In this document: one piece after another, positions 62,491 to 64,000 of the stretch
Layout of the letters: each line of letters starts with the position of its first letter
Position numbering within the stretch: the stretch's first letter is position 1
Origin: the human T2T-CHM13v2.0 reference genome, Homo sapiens
Assembly (NCBI RefSeq): GCF_009914755.1
Contig: NC_060931.1
Direction: 5' to 3' (one strand)
DNA length: 64,000 nucleotides
Position numbers and translations under genes: made by a program
Notes under the pieces: generated by a model
Told to the model about the DNA's origin: nothing
What the model saw: only the letters and a program-made list of their open reading frames with translations
The model's database searches: none

Positions 62491-64000
62491 CTGGGCTGGG
62501 TCTCGGTGGCCTGATAGGTGACAGTCAGAGTAGGCTGAGGGGGGACCAGGCCAAGTGGTCCAGGTCTAGGGGTTCAGATTCAGACCTAGGGGTCCAGGTG
62601 GACCAGGCTGCAGGTGTGGGCACTGGCCAGGAGGGACAGGGTGGGGCTAGCCTGGCTCGTGCCCATTGGGATGGTGGGCGGAGCTCAGGAGACCCACCCA
62701 AGGGTGCTGAGAGAATCTGTTAGGGAGTGACGCCAGACCCAGGGGTGAGGACAGGAGCTGGATGTGGAGAGCAGCTAGGCGAACCTTCAGAGTCCAAGGC
62801 AGGGGCAGCTTTAGGGTGAAGGTGCACAGGCCGCCTTAGTCCTCGTGTGACTCCACGTGGTCCCTGGGGCTTGCACCCCTTGGTCACTTATGCCAGGGCT
62901 GTCTTTTCACCTGCAGGCAGGTGCAGTTGAGCAGGGTGGCAGAGGGAGGCCTTGGGAAAGTCGCTTTCTTTTGGGCCTCCATCGTCCCATCTCTAAACTG
63001 AGGGAGGTGGTGAAGGAGGCATGATGTTTTTCAGGCCCTTCCCAGGATCAATGCCGACCTGTACTCCAGAATCTGTTGCAGAGCCCAGGCTTGACATGGA
63101 GCTTGGAAGTGCCCACTGGGAGAGAAGGAAAGGAAGGTGGGGATCGGGGACCAGGGCTAAGTGGGGCCACTCCAGCCAGGAGCCCTCAGGGCAAGGAGGT
63201 GAGCCTTGGATGCAGCCCTGCTTGGCAGACCAAGGGTGGGAATTGGAGTGAGGGTGTCAGTGTGAGGCAATGGTGACATGCCACCTGGAGACAGCTCTGT
63301 GGGCAGGTGGCCTGGCTTTGAACCTTGACTCCCCTGCCTTGTCTAAGTGAGGAAGCAGCTGACCCACCCTGCCACAGGGTTTCAGTCTTTAAGTACCTGC
63401 CCTGTCTGGCTGTTGTAGGGCTTGGCGGGTTGGGCCACACTTAGAACAGGGCATTCAGGGAGCACTGGTCAGTACTGAGGGGGGTGGAGAGCCTGGCTGA
63501 AGGGAAAGAGAAATGGGGCAAGGGTCTGCCAGGTAGGTGCCACTGGTTCTGTTTCTGAATGGGGACATTGAGGCTCAGAGGGGCAAGTGAGTGAGTGTCA
63601 GGGTCAGGGGCAGAGCCGAGGTGAGCACCTAGAGCCTTCTGGCTCCTGCTTGCTGCTCTTCCATCCCCCATGCCCTTACTCCTTGGAGTGTGGTCCTCGG
63701 ACCTGCAGAAGGGGCTTGCCTGGAGCTTGCAGAGATGAGTGCTTTGGCCTCCAAGCCTGCTGGACTGGAATCTACATTGCTTGAGGTCTTCAGGTGATGG
63801 CCTGCACATCTGAGTGGAGACACATTGCTTTCCATCTCTCAGTCTCAGCCTTGACCCCATGTCTGAATCACTTGGAGGTTTTAACAAACATGAATTATTG
63901 GTTTCACACCCCAGAGGCTCCCATGCAATAGGCCTGGGCTGTGGCCTGGGTGAGCCTATTGTGCAGTTGACTCTGCTGGGTCTGTCCTATCTCTGGTGGC

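Noticed and set aside
62287-62514. Glu/Gly-rich 75-aa ORF
   Set aside because: Translation of a GA-rich low-complexity tract in RAMP3 intron 1.

Overview
This is primate genomic DNA, almost certainly human, from the TBRG4-RAMP3 interval (7p13 by recalled synteny). It is eukaryotic, so most entries in the ORF track are spurious. Minus strand: the complete TBRG4 (FASTKD4) gene, with 10 coding exons that splice by hand to 1896 nt (631 aa + stop), a non-coding first exon in a CpG island, and three intronic H/ACA snoRNA paralogues (SNORA5A/5C/5B). Plus strand: RAMP3 exon 1 (58606-58663) in a second CpG island. Between them, invisible as a single ORF, is a complete four-exon fossil of the milk-protein gene whey acidic protein (WAP; minus strand, ~24690-27202). 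All six splice sites survive. The lesions are ATG>ATA, a 1-nt frameshift at the end of exon 2, TAG plus Cys>Arg in exon 3, and a destroyed AATAAA. Its TTTAAAT box, Ets site and STAT5/NFI motifs are still present upstream. Loss of human WAP is known, so this is a poorly annotated unitary pseudogene rather than a new system. The rest is Alu/L1/LTR-rich. Structural oddities include a probable L1 3' transduction, a tiny young Alu insertion, two nested perfect hairpins and a locally triplicated 72-bp unit.
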